From: a virus | Lineage: Duplodnaviria; Caudoviricetes | Direction: 5' to 3' (one strand) | Virus record (IMG/VR): IMGVR_UViG_3300020045_005258 | Coordinates: 1 to 47,568 of that record | DNA length: 47,568 nucleotides | Shown here: positions 34,185 through 43,860 of the stretch, piece after piece | How the letters are laid out: each line of letters begins with the position of its first letter | How positions within the stretch are numbered: position 1 is the stretch's first letter | The notes under the pieces: model-generated | Databases searched by the model: none | Told to the model about the DNA's origin: nothing | Seen by the model: the letters and a program-made list of their open reading frames with translations, nothing else | Position numbers and translations under genes: made by a program

Positions 34185-34385
34185 ATGAGTATAAAGAACG
34201 GATATCATTACGATGACTTCAACAAAAGGTACTACCTGAATGAAGATGGCAGTAAAATACCAGAAGAAATCTGCTTGTGCTTTGCTCATGAACCAAGTGA
34301 ATGCTGCTGTGATTGCACTTCATGGGATAACTACAGAGAAGATGAAGGCTATGAAGATTATGAAGAAAGAACGGAGGATTGGTAA
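34185..34385 (+). CDS. Cys-rich hypothetical protein
   Basis: CLCFAHEPSECCC motif. Confidence 0.7.
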   Translation: MSIKNGYHYDDFNKRYYLNEDGSKIPEEICLCFAHEPSECCCDCTSWDNYREDEGYEDYEERTEDW

Positions 34386-34579
34386 TGAATTACGAAATTA
34401 AAGTATACTGTGTTGTTAGCACACAACCCAGCATGGGTACAGACCCTGAACTTAAGCGAGTATCACAATGGTACAGTCGAGCACAGGATGCTAAACGTAA
34501 ATCCAAGAAACTAAATGGGAGAATACCTTGGACTAAAGCTGTAGCGTATTCACTCACTGAAATGGAAGACATTACGTGA
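34385..34579 (+). CDS. hypothetical protein
   Basis: GGAGG RBS; RVSQWYSRAQDAKRK. Confidence 0.7.
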   Translation: MNYEIKVYCVVSTQPSMGTDPELKRVSQWYSRAQDAKRKSKKLNGRIPWTKAVAYSLTEMEDIT

Positions 34580-34788
34580 GTGAACTACCGCTAACTCCTT
34601 TACTACAAAAACTAAAGGATAACCGAGTAATAGCTGCGGAGTTCTACATGGAGTATCTTAAGTTATGCGATAAGTACAGCTTACAAATCGGTACGAACTT
34701 TTACGGAAATGAGGTTGTAGAGTCGATTGATTCAGGTAATATCTCAGTACCTACGTGGAATTTATTAAAGGAACAGAATGATAACTAA
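34576..34788 (+). CDS. hypothetical protein
   Basis: GTGA overlap. Confidence 0.65.
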   Translation: MSELPLTPLLQKLKDNRVIAAEFYMEYLKLCDKYSLQIGTNFYGNEVVESIDSGNISVPTWNLLKEQNDN

Positions 34789-34993
34789 TCTATCTAAAGT
34801 GAATGCTGAGTACATCAGTACAACATGCAGTCCTAGACATATTCAAAGTGTTATTGAGGATTTACTTCAAGTAATCCAGAAGCAACGTGAGTTAGCTGAT
34901 GAAGTTATGAGATTAAATCCAGAGTGCCTTAAGATTGGTGCAGGTAAAATGGCTAATCTAAGGGTATTAGCTGCTGAAGTTATTTGGAATTAA
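34778..34993 (+). CDS. hypothetical protein
   Basis: AAAGGA RBS. Confidence 0.7.
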   Translation: MITNLSKVNAEYISTTCSPRHIQSVIEDLLQVIQKQRELADEVMRLNPECLKIGAGKMANLRVLAAEVIWN

Positions 34994-35004
34994 TAAGGAG
35001 AAGT

Positions 35005-35682
35005 ATGATTAATTTAATGCAAGGTGATTGCCTTTCTAGGCTTAAAGAGATTCCAAGTGAAAGTGTAGACTTAGTGCTAACTGATCCTCCATATAACATC
35101 TCAAAGGATAATAACTTCAATACTATGGGACGTGCTGGTATTGACTTCGGGGAATGGGATAAGCAAGCTGATTTGTTTACTTATATCAACGAAGTTAAAC
35201 GTGTACTACATAAAGACGGTAGTTTCATTGTATTTAATGCCTGGAGAAACTTAGGTGATATTACTAAGTACGCTGAATCTTTGGGTTTAGTAAGTAAAGA
35301 TATTATTCGACTTGAGAAAACAAACCCAATGCCTAGAAATCGTGATCGTAGATACATCACTGATTATGAATTAGCTATTTGGTTTACTAATACTAAAGCT
35401 AAGTGGGTATTCAATCGAACTGATCCGAATTATCAGCGACCTAAATTTGTTTGTAGTATTGATAAAGGACTACATCCGACTCAGAAAAGTCTAAAACTAA
35501 TGAATGATCTTGTTTTGATTCATTCCAATGAAGGGCAAACTGTACTTGATTGCTTCATGGGTTCAGGAACTACAGGTGTAGCTTGTGTTAACCAAAACCG
35601 TAAATTCATTGGTATCGAAATGGACGAGGGATACTTCAAGATTGCTAAGGATCGCATTGAAGGTTCAGTGAAGAATGAGTAA
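35005..35682 (+). CDS. DNA N6-adenine/N4-cytosine methyltransferase, beta class
   Basis: DPPY before HPTQK and DCFMGSGTTG; start MINLMQGD with AAGGAG RBS. Confidence 0.92.
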   Translation: MINLMQGDCLSRLKEIPSESVDLVLTDPPYNISKDNNFNTMGRAGIDFGEWDKQADLFTYINEVKRVLHKDGSFIVFNAWRNLGDITKYAESLGLVSKDIIRLEKTNPMPRNRDRRYITDYELAIWFTNTKAKWVFNRTDPNYQRPKFVCSIDKGLHPTQKSLKLMNDLVLIHSNEGQTVLDCFMGSGTTGVACVNQNRKFIGIEMDEGYFKIAKDRIEGSVKNE

Positions 35683-36175
35683 AGAGACTCTTGATTTATA
35701 CACAACCAAGGACATAACTGAAGTACGTAATCTACTGATCAAAGAGCAAAAGAACCAGAGTGCCATGACAGGTTTACCATTAAATAGTCCTTGTGTCGAT
35801 CATTTACATGATGATGAACAGTTAGTACGTGCAGTCATTAACAGTAAAGAGAACGTAGCTCTAGGACGTATAGAGGGGCTGTACGCACGATACGTGGGTT
35901 ATTGGTATGAAGGTACATACCCTGAGTTTCTTAGGCTAATAGCGGATTATATTGAACGCGGAGTAGACAGAAGGTACAGACACAACGGATGGCTGGCTAA
36001 AGTCACCACGAAGTTCTGTACTTTAAAGGAAAGCTCCAAAGATGCTGTACTTATTGAGTTAGGTTCAACCTGTGGTAAAAATGCACTAGAACGCAAAAAG
36101 AACTTCAGTAAAGCACTGATGACTCGAAAGTTCAGCTATAATCAAATTATGGACTTAATTAAGAAGTTCAGGTAA
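35675..36175 (+). CDS. endonuclease VII-like protein (putative Holliday junction resolvase)
   Basis: EQKNQSAMTG, CVDHLH, VRAVI...N.ALG motifs. Confidence 0.75.
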   Translation: MSKETLDLYTTKDITEVRNLLIKEQKNQSAMTGLPLNSPCVDHLHDDEQLVRAVINSKENVALGRIEGLYARYVGYWYEGTYPEFLRLIADYIERGVDRRYRHNGWLAKVTTKFCTLKESSKDAVLIELGSTCGKNALERKKNFSKALMTRKFSYNQIMDLIKKFR

Positions 36176-36243
36176 ATATTGCTTTAGTCTTTTAGACATC
36201 AGTATATACACGTGACAAAAGCATAAATCAGTAAAGGAGATAA

Positions 36244-36906
36244 ATGATTGACAAAAAGTTAGGAGAATTGCTCAGGTCAAAAGGTAATTCATACAAAGAC
36301 ATTGCAGACGCTTTACAATGTTCTGTGGCTTGGTGTAAACTTAATCTAAAAGATGTAGTACAATTAACACCAGAAATTGAATCGGTAAAAGAGCTTACCG
36401 TTAAAGCTAAGTCCAAAGACGCTATTACTTCAGGAGATATCACAGTGGCAACTCGTAAACTCTATCCTACTAACAACTTCACGAAAGAGCAAAAAGAAGA
36501 CGATCTTAAAAACATTAAACGCATTCGTGATAAAGTAAAAGTAGATGATGATTCAGTAATTCGTCCTTACTGGCTAGTGCCTGATCAAGCTACGGAATCG
36601 TTTCATGCTTTACTTCGTCTATTGGAAGATCGAGATAATCGAGATCAAGAAGATATTGATAACTATCGTGCTAAATTTGGATTAGACACTTCATACTCTG
36701 AAAGCATAGGTTACGCTTTGTTGTCCATGTCAGCACGAGGAAGTAAGATTTTGAAGCGATCAGTTGTTACAGAGATTAACCGGATTGCTGATATTGCAGA
36801 AGTGCTAGATGCTCGGAATCAACCAAAGACCTTCAAGGATAGTAAAGAAGGTGTTCGCATTAAGAACCCTATTGATTTGTCCGATATTGACCATTTGATT
36901 TATTAA
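36244..36906 (+). CDS. orphan HTH-domain protein (paralogue of 4569-5141)
   Basis: SYKDIADALQCSVAWC, IRPYW; AAAGGAG RBS. Confidence 0.8.
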   Translation: MIDKKLGELLRSKGNSYKDIADALQCSVAWCKLNLKDVVQLTPEIESVKELTVKAKSKDAITSGDITVATRKLYPTNNFTKEQKEDDLKNIKRIRDKVKVDDDSVIRPYWLVPDQATESFHALLRLLEDRDNRDQEDIDNYRAKFGLDTSYSESIGYALLSMSARGSKILKRSVVTEINRIADIAEVLDARNQPKTFKDSKEGVRIKNPIDLSDIDHLIY

Positions 36907-36920
36907 CTACAAAGGAACTA

Positions 36921-37844
36921 ATGTACTCATTTAACACACAACAACAAATTATCTCCTTAAAGAAACAAGGAGTGAAATCACGAGCAATTGCAAGTCAACT
37001 AGGAATCGGTAAAAGTGGAGTTAATGATTTCTGGCTTCGATACAAAGAGACATTAGGTAGTAATTCCAAAGATGGTCCAAAAGTACTCTTGTTTGATCTG
37101 GAGACAAGTGCCTCTTTGGCTTATTGCTTTGGTCGGCATAAGATTTTCTTGAATCAGGACTCAATCAAAACTGAAGGTGGAAAGCTCCTCATGAGTGGTT
37201 ATCGTTGGTTAGGTGAAGATAAATCCAAGGTAATCTACAACAAGGAGGAAATCCTCAATAGCGAAGATTACACGGTATGTAAAGCAATGTGGGATTTATT
37301 CCATGAAGCAGATATTGTTATTGCCCATAATGCCTTTGGATTTGATGTACGGATGCTTGCTGCTAGGTGCCTTGTAAATGGACTTCCTCCTTTACCAAAG
37401 GTCAAGGTACTAGATACCCTCCAGATGGCTAGAAAGGGCTTCAGGTTCCCTTCAAATAAACTAGACAGCCTAGGTGCCTACTTAGGGCTTGGACGCAAGG
37501 TGCAGCACTCAGGGATTAAGCTATGGGTTGATGTGCAAGAAGGTTCAGAAGAAGCCCTAGAGAAGATGGTGGAATATTGCGAACAAGACGTTGATCTACT
37601 TTATGACATCTTTGGTATATTACGAAGTCAAGGATTAGCATCTTCAGTGAACTTCGCTTTGTACTACAATGATGATCTACATCGATGTAAATCCTGCGGT
37701 TCAACTAACTTGGAATACACAGGTCGTGTTGTTACTACTGATGCTAGTGCTTTTGATGAAGTACAATGTTTGGATTGCGGTGCTCAACATAGAACTAAAG
37801 ATAATAAGGTGTCAACAGCTAAACGCAAAGCACTTCTAGTGTAG
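36921..37844 (+). CDS. DEDD/RNase H-like 3'-5' exonuclease with N-terminal HTH and C-terminal Zn ribbon
   Basis: FDLET, AHNAFGFD, YCEQD; CKSC...CLDC. Confidence 0.85.
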   Translation: MYSFNTQQQIISLKKQGVKSRAIASQLGIGKSGVNDFWLRYKETLGSNSKDGPKVLLFDLETSASLAYCFGRHKIFLNQDSIKTEGGKLLMSGYRWLGEDKSKVIYNKEEILNSEDYTVCKAMWDLFHEADIVIAHNAFGFDVRMLAARCLVNGLPPLPKVKVLDTLQMARKGFRFPSNKLDSLGAYLGLGRKVQHSGIKLWVDVQEGSEEALEKMVEYCEQDVDLLYDIFGILRSQGLASSVNFALYYNDDLHRCKSCGSTNLEYTGRVVTTDASAFDEVQCLDCGAQHRTKDNKVSTAKRKALLV

Positions 37845-37890
37845 AATACAGATACCATTACAAATGAACTCAAAATTTAACTAACACAGC

Positions 37891-37926
37891 ACCCAAGGTA
37901 TCTTACTAGTACTTTGGGTTTCTTTA
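37891..37926 (+). terminator. rho-independent terminator
   Basis: ACCCAAGGTA/TACTTTGGGT stem plus TTCTTT. Confidence 0.7.
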
Positions 37927-37940
37927 CGAAAGGAAAGTAA

Positions 37941-38132
37941 ATGAGGATTAAAATCAATAAATGCTCAGATAGTCTTATGTGGTACTCCGATAGAGTGAAT
38001 GAAGTATTTGAAGTCTTGTATATCCTAAAAGAAGCCAAGGGTTTTAGCTATTGGGTGAACACTAGAGGTCTTTATAATACTAAGAACTTTATTCACAATT
38101 ATGATTGCTCAGAAGTGAATGACAACGAATAA
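37941..38132 (+). CDS. hypothetical protein
   Basis: AAAGGA RBS. Confidence 0.7.
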   Translation: MRIKINKCSDSLMWYSDRVNEVFEVLYILKEAKGFSYWVNTRGLYNTKNFIHNYDCSEVNDNE

Positions 38133-38181
38133 ACAGTAGTACAATACAGCATTACCATTTACCATTAACTAGAAAGAAACC

Positions 38182-38433
38182 ATGAACACACGTCAATTCT
38201 TCAATAACATCAATGCAATCAAAGGAGGATATGCTCCTAGTAAAGTCCAAGATGCGTTTAGTAATTTTTTACTCATATCAGGAGTAACCCTGATTGGAGC
38301 GTTAGTTTACTTAGCTTTTGTATTTCCGGGTGCAATTGGAGGTATCATCCTTGCAGGAATGAGTCTATTTCTTGTGTACAAAGTAATCAAGTGCATTCTT
38401 ACTATCAGTAAATACGTAATCAAAGGAGAGTAA
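38182..38433 (+). CDS. membrane protein
   Basis: two hydrophobic segments. Confidence 0.7.
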   Translation: MNTRQFFNNINAIKGGYAPSKVQDAFSNFLLISGVTLIGALVYLAFVFPGAIGGIILAGMSLFLVYKVIKCILTISKYVIKGE

Positions 38434-38434
38434 A

Positions 38435-38737
38435 ATGAAAGAGAACGAAGTTAAAGTATTTAGTGTTATCGTAGATGCTGAAGGTAACGATAAGTGGATC
38501 AGTGATGGTGTATTTGTGGATAAGCCCAAGTTAAAGACTGTGGTTGCACCGAACGCAGGGAATGATCGTTTTATCTCAGCAGTTGTAAAAGCTATTGGAT
38601 TAGAAAATAATGGAGTTACAATCCATAGAACTGAGTTTAATCGTGTAGCACCGGAAGTTATTGAGATTTTAATTCACTACTATCCTTGCCTTCAATCATA
38701 CGAAATGCGAAAGAAATCTATTATGATTTATGGATAA
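38435..38737 (+). CDS. hypothetical protein
   Basis: AAAGGAG RBS. Confidence 0.7.
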   Translation: MKENEVKVFSVIVDAEGNDKWISDGVFVDKPKLKTVVAPNAGNDRFISAVVKAIGLENNGVTIHRTEFNRVAPEVIEILIHYYPCLQSYEMRKKSIMIYG

Positions 38738-39260
38738 TAATCCAAGTGATTACCGAGAACTAAGACGATTACTCAATAAAGGAATACGAATGAATAAAAT
38801 GCAAGATGCACTCTGGAGTCTATTCAAGGACAGTGAAATGTGCTGTACTATTGCAGGGCAAGCTCAAGAGGTCACTAAAGAAGCAAAGCAGCAACAACTG
38901 AAGCTAATCAAGGAAGAAGTTCAAGAGATTCAAGATGCTCTTGATAATGATGATTTAACAGAACAACTCGATGGATGCGTGGACTCTCTTGTAACGATCT
39001 TTGGGTACATGCTAAAGCTAGAACGTCAAGGTGCTGATTTAGGTAAAGCACTAATCAAGACAGGTCAGAATAACCTAACGAAGTTCCCTACTGATCCTAA
39101 AGTGGTTGAAGATACTGTAGAATTCTACAAGAACAAAGGAATTGAAACTAAAGTAAGTCTTGATTTGATGTACAATAAATGGGTGATACGAGACATGAGT
39201 GGTAAGTACAGGAAACCCAAGGGGTTCGTGGAAAATGACTTAAGTGATTGCTGGAATTAA
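38730..39260 (+). CDS. MazG-like all-alpha NTP pyrophosphohydrolase (start may be 38790)
   Basis: LIKEEVQE...EQLDGCVD, NNLTK and GKYRKP motifs. Confidence 0.8.
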   Translation: MDNNPSDYRELRRLLNKGIRMNKMQDALWSLFKDSEMCCTIAGQAQEVTKEAKQQQLKLIKEEVQEIQDALDNDDLTEQLDGCVDSLVTIFGYMLKLERQGADLGKALIKTGQNNLTKFPTDPKVVEDTVEFYKNKGIETKVSLDLMYNKWVIRDMSGKYRKPKGFVENDLSDCWN

Positions 39261-39273
39261 CAAAGGAGATAAA

Positions 39274-39906
39274 ATGAGTGAAAAGAACGATGTAAATGAA
39301 GATGAAGTAAAGCGAGATAAAATACTGAGTAAACACCTAATCAACGGGAGGACTTATAACTTAATGCAAACATTTGCTAAGTCAGGAATACCTTGTGAAA
39401 AATGCATCTTCATTAATAATGCTGAGACTTGCAACGGTGAAGGAGGTAACCTTTGCAAAGATGAATACTATACTTATCTTACTGAAAGTACGTACAAGTC
39501 TCAGCACCTCAAAGGTCACTACAATGAACGAGGTGAATTCATTATTCCTATTCAGTTGCTTGAAAAAGAGACCTCAAAAGAAACTAAAGAAAACAAAGGA
39601 ATCAAGTACGATGATGGTAAGATTCAGTGGTGGTATCTTCCAATTGAACCCATCAAAGAGGTACTAAAGGTTCTTCACTACGGTGATAAGAAGTACCCAG
39701 CGGATGATGGTTGTAATTGGAAGCGAGTACCAAATGCTAAGAAGCGATACTACAGTGCTTTGATGCGCCATATTACTGCATGGTGGGATGAAGAAAAGAA
39801 TGATCAAGAATCAGGAATGCATCATTTGGCTCATGCTTGTACTAATGTTTTATTTTTACTTTACTTTGAGATGAAAGGATATCCAGAAGATAAGAAAAAT
39901 GATTGA
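39274..39906 (+). CDS. dATP/dGTP diphosphohydrolase (DUF5664) domain protein
   Basis: KYDDGK, VLHYGDKKY, NW, ALMRH, ESGMHHLAHA; N-terminal Cys cluster. Confidence 0.85.
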   Translation: MSEKNDVNEDEVKRDKILSKHLINGRTYNLMQTFAKSGIPCEKCIFINNAETCNGEGGNLCKDEYYTYLTESTYKSQHLKGHYNERGEFIIPIQLLEKETSKETKENKGIKYDDGKIQWWYLPIEPIKEVLKVLHYGDKKYPADDGCNWKRVPNAKKRYYSALMRHITAWWDEEKNDQESGMHHLAHACTNVLFLLYFEMKGYPEDKKND

Positions 39907-40002
39907 AGGAGTAAGTGAAATAAGCGAATTAACTAAGATTTCACTTGAAGTCCATCGTTGGGTATGTTAGAATAACTGCCCACTTTTAAAAGATATAATA
40001 TA

Positions 40003-40027
40003 AGAATCCGAATCCTTCGGGTTCGTC
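40003..40027 (+). repeat. conserved intergenic hairpin, copy 1
   Basis: AGAATCCGAATCCTTCGGGTTCGTC, 22/25 identical to 46561-46585. Confidence 0.7.
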
Positions 40028-40041
40028 TAATAAGGAATAAT

Positions 40042-40245
40042 ATGACTAATAAAACAAATACAGTGAACAAACCCGTAGCTAAACAAGAAGTCAAGACCCC
40101 TAAATACACCCTAGGCTGCACTGTAGAGTACCTACAAGGCACGTATGAGGTAGTAGAGGTACTAACTGAAGGGGTTCACCTAAAGAACGTCCACAAGCCC
40201 TTTAATAGCGAAGTGGTAGGTTATTCTGAATTGACTCAGGGGTAA
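40042..40245 (+). CDS. hypothetical protein
   Basis: AAGGA RBS. Confidence 0.7.
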   Translation: MTNKTNTVNKPVAKQEVKTPKYTLGCTVEYLQGTYEVVEVLTEGVHLKNVHKPFNSEVVGYSELTQG

Positions 40246-40247
40246 GA

Positions 40248-40403
40248 ATGCTACGCAGTTGGTGCAAGATTTTACCTTTCTTTATTGTGGAATGGTTAAG
40301 TAAAGAAACTGAGCATTTTATAGACTATAATCATCCAAGTGCTCTCGTGTATACTTCACCTTTTAAGTACGTTAGATTTTATAAAGCAAAGGAGAATGAA
40401 TGA
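40248..40403 (+). CDS. hypothetical protein (51 aa)
   Basis: fills the gap, overlaps thyX start. Confidence 0.45.
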   Translation: MLRSWCKILPFFIVEWLSKETEHFIDYNHPSALVYTSPFKYVRFYKAKENE

Positions 40404-41335
40404 GTTTTAATACAGTAAAGGTAATCCAAGATAGTTCAGATACTCAAGGCAATCGTTTATTAACTTACGAGATTGAGACATACCGCTATATTTGGGCAGA
40501 GGTACTTACTCATAAGATGCTGAATAAGAACGCTCAATCAAGTCGTGCAGTGCCTGTAAATTCAGTCCTCTCAGTGAATGAAAGTAATCCAGTATTTCCT
40601 ATTACTTGGGGTAAGAACAAAGGTGGCATGAGTGCTACAGAGGTACTTGAAGGTTCTGAATTAGCTACCGCACAGACACTGTGGTTTGAAGCTGCTAGAA
40701 ATGCCTTTAGGACATCTAAGGAACTAAGTGATCTGGGGTTACACAAGATGTGGGCTAATCGGATTACAGAACCTTTCAGTCGTATTAAGGTAGTAATGAC
40801 GGGTACTGAATGGGATAACTTTTTGTGGTTACGAGATGACCCTGAAGCTGCTCAACCAGAGATTGTTGACTTAGCACGAAAGATTAAAGACGCCCAATTA
40901 AATAGTGACAGTGTACTTCTATTTGCAGGACAAGCTCACGTACCTTATGTAGATCGAGTAAGCACAGGTAATGACATGCATTATTTCGTCAAAGGTGAAG
41001 GTGAAGTATCACTTGAAATTGCACTGAAGATTAGCGCAAGCTGTACAGGACAAGTTAGCTACCGAAAACTAGATGATTCATTCGAGAAAGCACTTAGTAT
41101 TTATGATCGTTTATTCGATGGGCCTAAACCTCATTTTTCACCTTCAGAACATCAAGGGATCGTAATGAATACCCCTAAGTTAAACTTATGGGATCGTGTA
41201 TTCAATACTAAATGGCAAGAAGGGGTAAGTCATGTAGACCAAGATGGTAACTTCTGGTCAGGGAATCTTAAAGGATTCATTCAATACCGCAAGTTACTTG
41301 AAGTACAATTTAAACAGAAGGGACTACAAGAATGA
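40400..41335 (+). CDS. thyX: flavin-dependent thymidylate synthase (phage-type)
   Basis: AEVLTHK...SSRAVP, GLHK..ANR..EPF, NFLWLR, AQPEI and HFSPSEH motifs. Confidence 0.8.
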   Translation: MSFNTVKVIQDSSDTQGNRLLTYEIETYRYIWAEVLTHKMLNKNAQSSRAVPVNSVLSVNESNPVFPITWGKNKGGMSATEVLEGSELATAQTLWFEAARNAFRTSKELSDLGLHKMWANRITEPFSRIKVVMTGTEWDNFLWLRDDPEAAQPEIVDLARKIKDAQLNSDSVLLFAGQAHVPYVDRVSTGNDMHYFVKGEGEVSLEIALKISASCTGQVSYRKLDDSFEKALSIYDRLFDGPKPHFSPSEHQGIVMNTPKLNLWDRVFNTKWQEGVSHVDQDGNFWSGNLKGFIQYRKLLEVQFKQKGLQE

Positions 41336-41664
41336 GTTCAATTATTGCATTAGTCTATATCAGTCAAAGTGAATTATGCACAGTTGACCCGAAGTACAGT
41401 GAAGAATGGATTGCAAATAACCCTCAGCAACTAGAAGCTGTTTTGTATGAACTAGGGATTAACACCAATGAACCCTACGAGACTCAGTTCAATACACATC
41501 GTAATCGTTTTGGGAATATAAATACTTGTAGTAGGTTCATTGGTAACTCTAGGCTCGATCAGAAATGGCTAGAGTCAGGATATGCATCTGAAGAAGCCTT
41601 AGCTAAATCATGCGGGTCAAGGCTTTTAATTGACTTGTACCAGAGTCGTGGTTTAACAGAATAA
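41332..41664 (+). CDS. hypothetical protein
   Basis: 110-aa ORF, ATGA overlap. Confidence 0.75.
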   Translation: MSSIIALVYISQSELCTVDPKYSEEWIANNPQQLEAVLYELGINTNEPYETQFNTHRNRFGNINTCSRFIGNSRLDQKWLESGYASEEALAKSCGSRLLIDLYQSRGLTE

Positions 41665-41672
41665 AGGAGAAT

Positions 41673-43847
41673 ATGCAAGTAACTAAACGAGATGGTTCAA
41701 AAGAGAACTTTGACACAATTAAAATTAAACAATCAATTGCTTACGCTTGTGAAGGGGTTAATGTAAATCCTCTTGAACTAGAAAGTCGCATTGATTACTT
41801 CGTAAAAAATGGAATTAGCACAACTGACATTCAGGCTAATATTATTCAACATGCACTTCAACTAGCTACACCAAGTACACCTGAATGGTTAACTGTAGCT
41901 GGTCATGCTTTTGCGATGGATGAACTTCATGCCTTTAAAGTAAAAGGTAAAGGCTTCGCTGACTTGGCAAAGATGAACTGCAAAACAGGTCTATATACCA
42001 AGGAATTACTTGAGTTCTATTCAACAGAGGATTTGAATGAACTAGAGTCAGTAATTGATTACGAACGAGATTTAGATCACTCATATGCTTCATTGTTAAC
42101 TGGTAAAAAGAAGTACCAAAACAAGAATGAATTAAACCAACATATGCACATGGTTAATGCTATGCGCTTTGGTCAATTTGAAGATGCTGCCAGTCGTATT
42201 GAAGTAGTCAAGCAAATTTATAACGTACTATCTAAACGAGAATTCAGCCTAGCTACGCCTTTTATGCTGAACCTTCGTTCTGGTGGGAATACAGCTTCTT
42301 GCTTTATTCTTGCTGTTGAAGATGACTTAGGAAGTATCTTTGATAACGTAAAGCGAATTGCAGAGATTAGCAAAAATGGAGGTGGTCTAGGAATCTTCCT
42401 AGGGTATATTCGTGCTAAGGGGTCATCTGTGAATGGTAACGACAATGCAGCAGGCACTATTGTTCAGTGGATTAAGGTTATCAATGATACATTGGTAGCA
42501 GTGAATCAAGGTGGACGTAGGGCCGGTGCAGGTACTGTTGCTTTACCTATCTGGCATAACGATATCTTGGATTTTCTGGATATGCAGACAGAGCACGGAG
42601 ATCAACGAACAAAGGCTTATGATGTATTTCCACAAGTTACTGTCCCTGATGTTTTCATGGAGCGTGATAAGAACAACGAACAGTGGGTTACTTTCTGTCC
42701 ATTTGAAGTGAAGCAAAAGTTAAAGATTGATGTTCGTGGATTGTACGGAGAACAGTTCAAGAAAGCATACTTGATTATTGAAGATGCTGCAATGAAAGGA
42801 TTACTTACTGTCAGTCGTATTATTCCAAGTGCTAAAACACTAATGAAGCAGATTATGCGTTCTCAGTTCGAGACAGGATTACCTTACATTGCTTTTATTG
42901 ATACGATTAACGAAGCTAATCCAAATAAGAATGACACTGAATCTTATGGTATCGTCTGTTCAAATTTATGCACGGAGAGTTATAGTAATGTAAAGCCTGA
43001 TGTTTATAGTCACGTATGTAATCTTGGTTCTATCAATATGGGTAACATTAAGGATATGAATCATTTAGCTCAAGTATCACAGCTAGCTTGTAGGATTCTT
43101 AATCGAGGTACACAATTGACTAAGAACCCAGATGTTACTACTGAAGCTCATAACAACAGATACCGAACGATTGGTATTGGAGTAATGGGATTGCATGATT
43201 ACTTTGCAAGGGAGTTCACAAACTATTCAGATAATACTTTGATTGCTGACATCTTTGAGTGCATTGAATACAACGCTGCACTTGAGTCCATTGAGTTAGC
43301 TAAATCTTTAGGAACATTTGAAGCATTTCCTAGTTCTGAATGGTGCAATGGAAACATGACTAAGAAGTTCAAGGCATTAAGCAATGGTAAGTACGATTGG
43401 GAAGTAGTTCAAGGTTTGATTGATTCGTTTGGGATTCACAATAGTCAATTGACAAGTCCAGCGCCTACTACAAGTACAAGTATTTATCAAGATGCAAGTG
43501 CTTCTGTTCTACCTATCTACAGTGCGTTCTTTAGTGAAGATAACAAGAATGGCTCATTGAAGGTTGGTGCAAGGTTCCTTGATAAGAACCCTGTTGGTTA
43601 TGGTAAGACACAAGCGAAGTTCAGTGCTATTGAAATTATTGATGCAGTATCAGAGATGCAGAAGTTCGTAGACACTGGAATTAGCATGGAGTTGATCTTT
43701 GATCAGAACAAAGAAGGCTTCAGTGCTAAGGACTTGTACGATGCCATTCACTATGCTTTTAAAAAGAAGATCAAAACAATTTATTACATCCGATCAGTGA
43801 AACAAAAAGAGCAACAAGATGAAGGTTGCGTAGCTTGTTCTGGTTAA
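41673..43847 (+). CDS. nrdA: ribonucleotide reductase class I alpha subunit with ATP cone
   Basis: VTKRDG cone, ATP..N, SCF, QGGRRAGA, SNLCTE, CNLGS, APT, YYIR and C-terminal CVAC. Confidence 0.95.
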   Translation: MQVTKRDGSKENFDTIKIKQSIAYACEGVNVNPLELESRIDYFVKNGISTTDIQANIIQHALQLATPSTPEWLTVAGHAFAMDELHAFKVKGKGFADLAKMNCKTGLYTKELLEFYSTEDLNELESVIDYERDLDHSYASLLTGKKKYQNKNELNQHMHMVNAMRFGQFEDAASRIEVVKQIYNVLSKREFSLATPFMLNLRSGGNTASCFILAVEDDLGSIFDNVKRIAEISKNGGGLGIFLGYIRAKGSSVNGNDNAAGTIVQWIKVINDTLVAVNQGGRRAGAGTVALPIWHNDILDFLDMQTEHGDQRTKAYDVFPQVTVPDVFMERDKNNEQWVTFCPFEVKQKLKIDVRGLYGEQFKKAYLIIEDAAMKGLLTVSRIIPSAKTLMKQIMRSQFETGLPYIAFIDTINEANPNKNDTESYGIVCSNLCTESYSNVKPDVYSHVCNLGSINMGNIKDMNHLAQVSQLACRILNRGTQLTKNPDVTTEAHNNRYRTIGIGVMGLHDYFAREFTNYSDNTLIADIFECIEYNAALESIELAKSLGTFEAFPSSEWCNGNMTKKFKALSNGKYDWEVVQGLIDSFGIHNSQLTSPAPTTSTSIYQDASASVLPIYSAFFSEDNKNGSLKVGARFLDKNPVGYGKTQAKFSAIEIIDAVSEMQKFVDTGISMELIFDQNKEGFSAKDLYDAIHYAFKKKIKTIYYIRSVKQKEQQDEGCVACSG

Positions 43848-43860
43848 TGTAGTTTACAAT

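Noticed and set aside
34984-36175. Restriction-modification pair (MTase plus adjacent nuclease)
   Set aside because: The nuclease looks like a phage endonuclease VII-type resolvase, so an orphan MTase is the simpler reading.
38730-39906. 2-aminoadenine (Z) genome system
   Set aside because: No PurZ or HD-family DatZ in the window; the hydrolases alone are insufficient evidence.
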